Positions 63,639 to 64,000 of a DNA stretch of 64,000 bases are shown here, piece by piece. Source of the DNA: Octopus vulgaris (lineage: Eukaryota). The position numbers were made by a program, and so were the translations under genes. Location: the NCBI GenBank assembly GCA_951406725.2, contig OX597832.1:7130001-7194000 (forward strand), in the 5' to 3' direction. Every line of letters starts with the position of its first letter. Within the stretch, counting starts at the first letter, position 1. The notes beneath the pieces were generated by a model that made no database searches, was not told the DNA's origin, and was given only the letters and a program-made list of their open reading frames with translations.

Positions 63639-63859
63639 CCCTTTAGTGTTCGCATTATTCTGCCTAAATTAATCCTTTTTCATTCACATTGTTTTGAACT
63701 AATCATGCATTATCTTGTAGCTATGAGATTTTGATGAGGTAGCTGTTAATTTTTAAGACGATATTGTAGGGCTGGTGTGAGAGACCAGATCTGGCCAGTT
63801 TGAACATAAAACAGGCAGAATACTTTTGGCCGGATATGGCCGGTTTAAATGCTAAAGGG
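63639..63859. mobile_element. piggyBac-like MITE (diverged second copy at about 62085-62313)
   Basis: TTAA|CCCTTTAG...CTAAAGGG|TTAA. Confidence 0.72.
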
Positions 63860-64000
63860 TTAAACCTGACCCTCTTTTGAGAGTGAGATGAAAATGCTGA
63901 CTTCTTTTTGGGCACCAGAAAAATATCTATTGAAAATCCATTGCATAGTCCCAAGCATAAAAACATTGATGATCAGATTGTGACAAAGATTTTGAATTTA

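Overview
AT-rich, microsatellite-dense eukaryotic DNA. The SINE, RTE, mariner and Penelope repertoire resembles an octopus (coleoid cephalopod) genome; this is an inference. Most ORFs in the track are microsatellite artefacts. Two host genes can be built by hand on the + strand. The first is a 4-coding-exon gene (19114-42038, about 467 aa) with three MYND zinc fingers and an uncharacterised C-terminal beta-rich domain. The second is the first coding exon of a selenoprotein T homolog (49733-49896), which the ORF track misses; no Sec-containing exon 2 was found in the window. The rest is transposon debris: DD34D mariner, DD37D maT, a Gypsy relic with a 3' LTR, CR1, RTE, R4/Dong-type REL LINEs, Helitron/Helentron, hAT, Merlin-like and piggyBac-like MITEs, and several tRNA-SINE families. 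The most striking signal is at least five sequence-distinct families of short, mostly fold-back, non-coding elements carrying minimal type I hammerhead ribozyme cores. Some have 12-13 bp TSDs and a short unpaired tail, and one family is physically linked to a Penelope-like endonuclease C-terminus. A 1.2 kb local duplication and a templated insertion at 5-9 kb are also visible.
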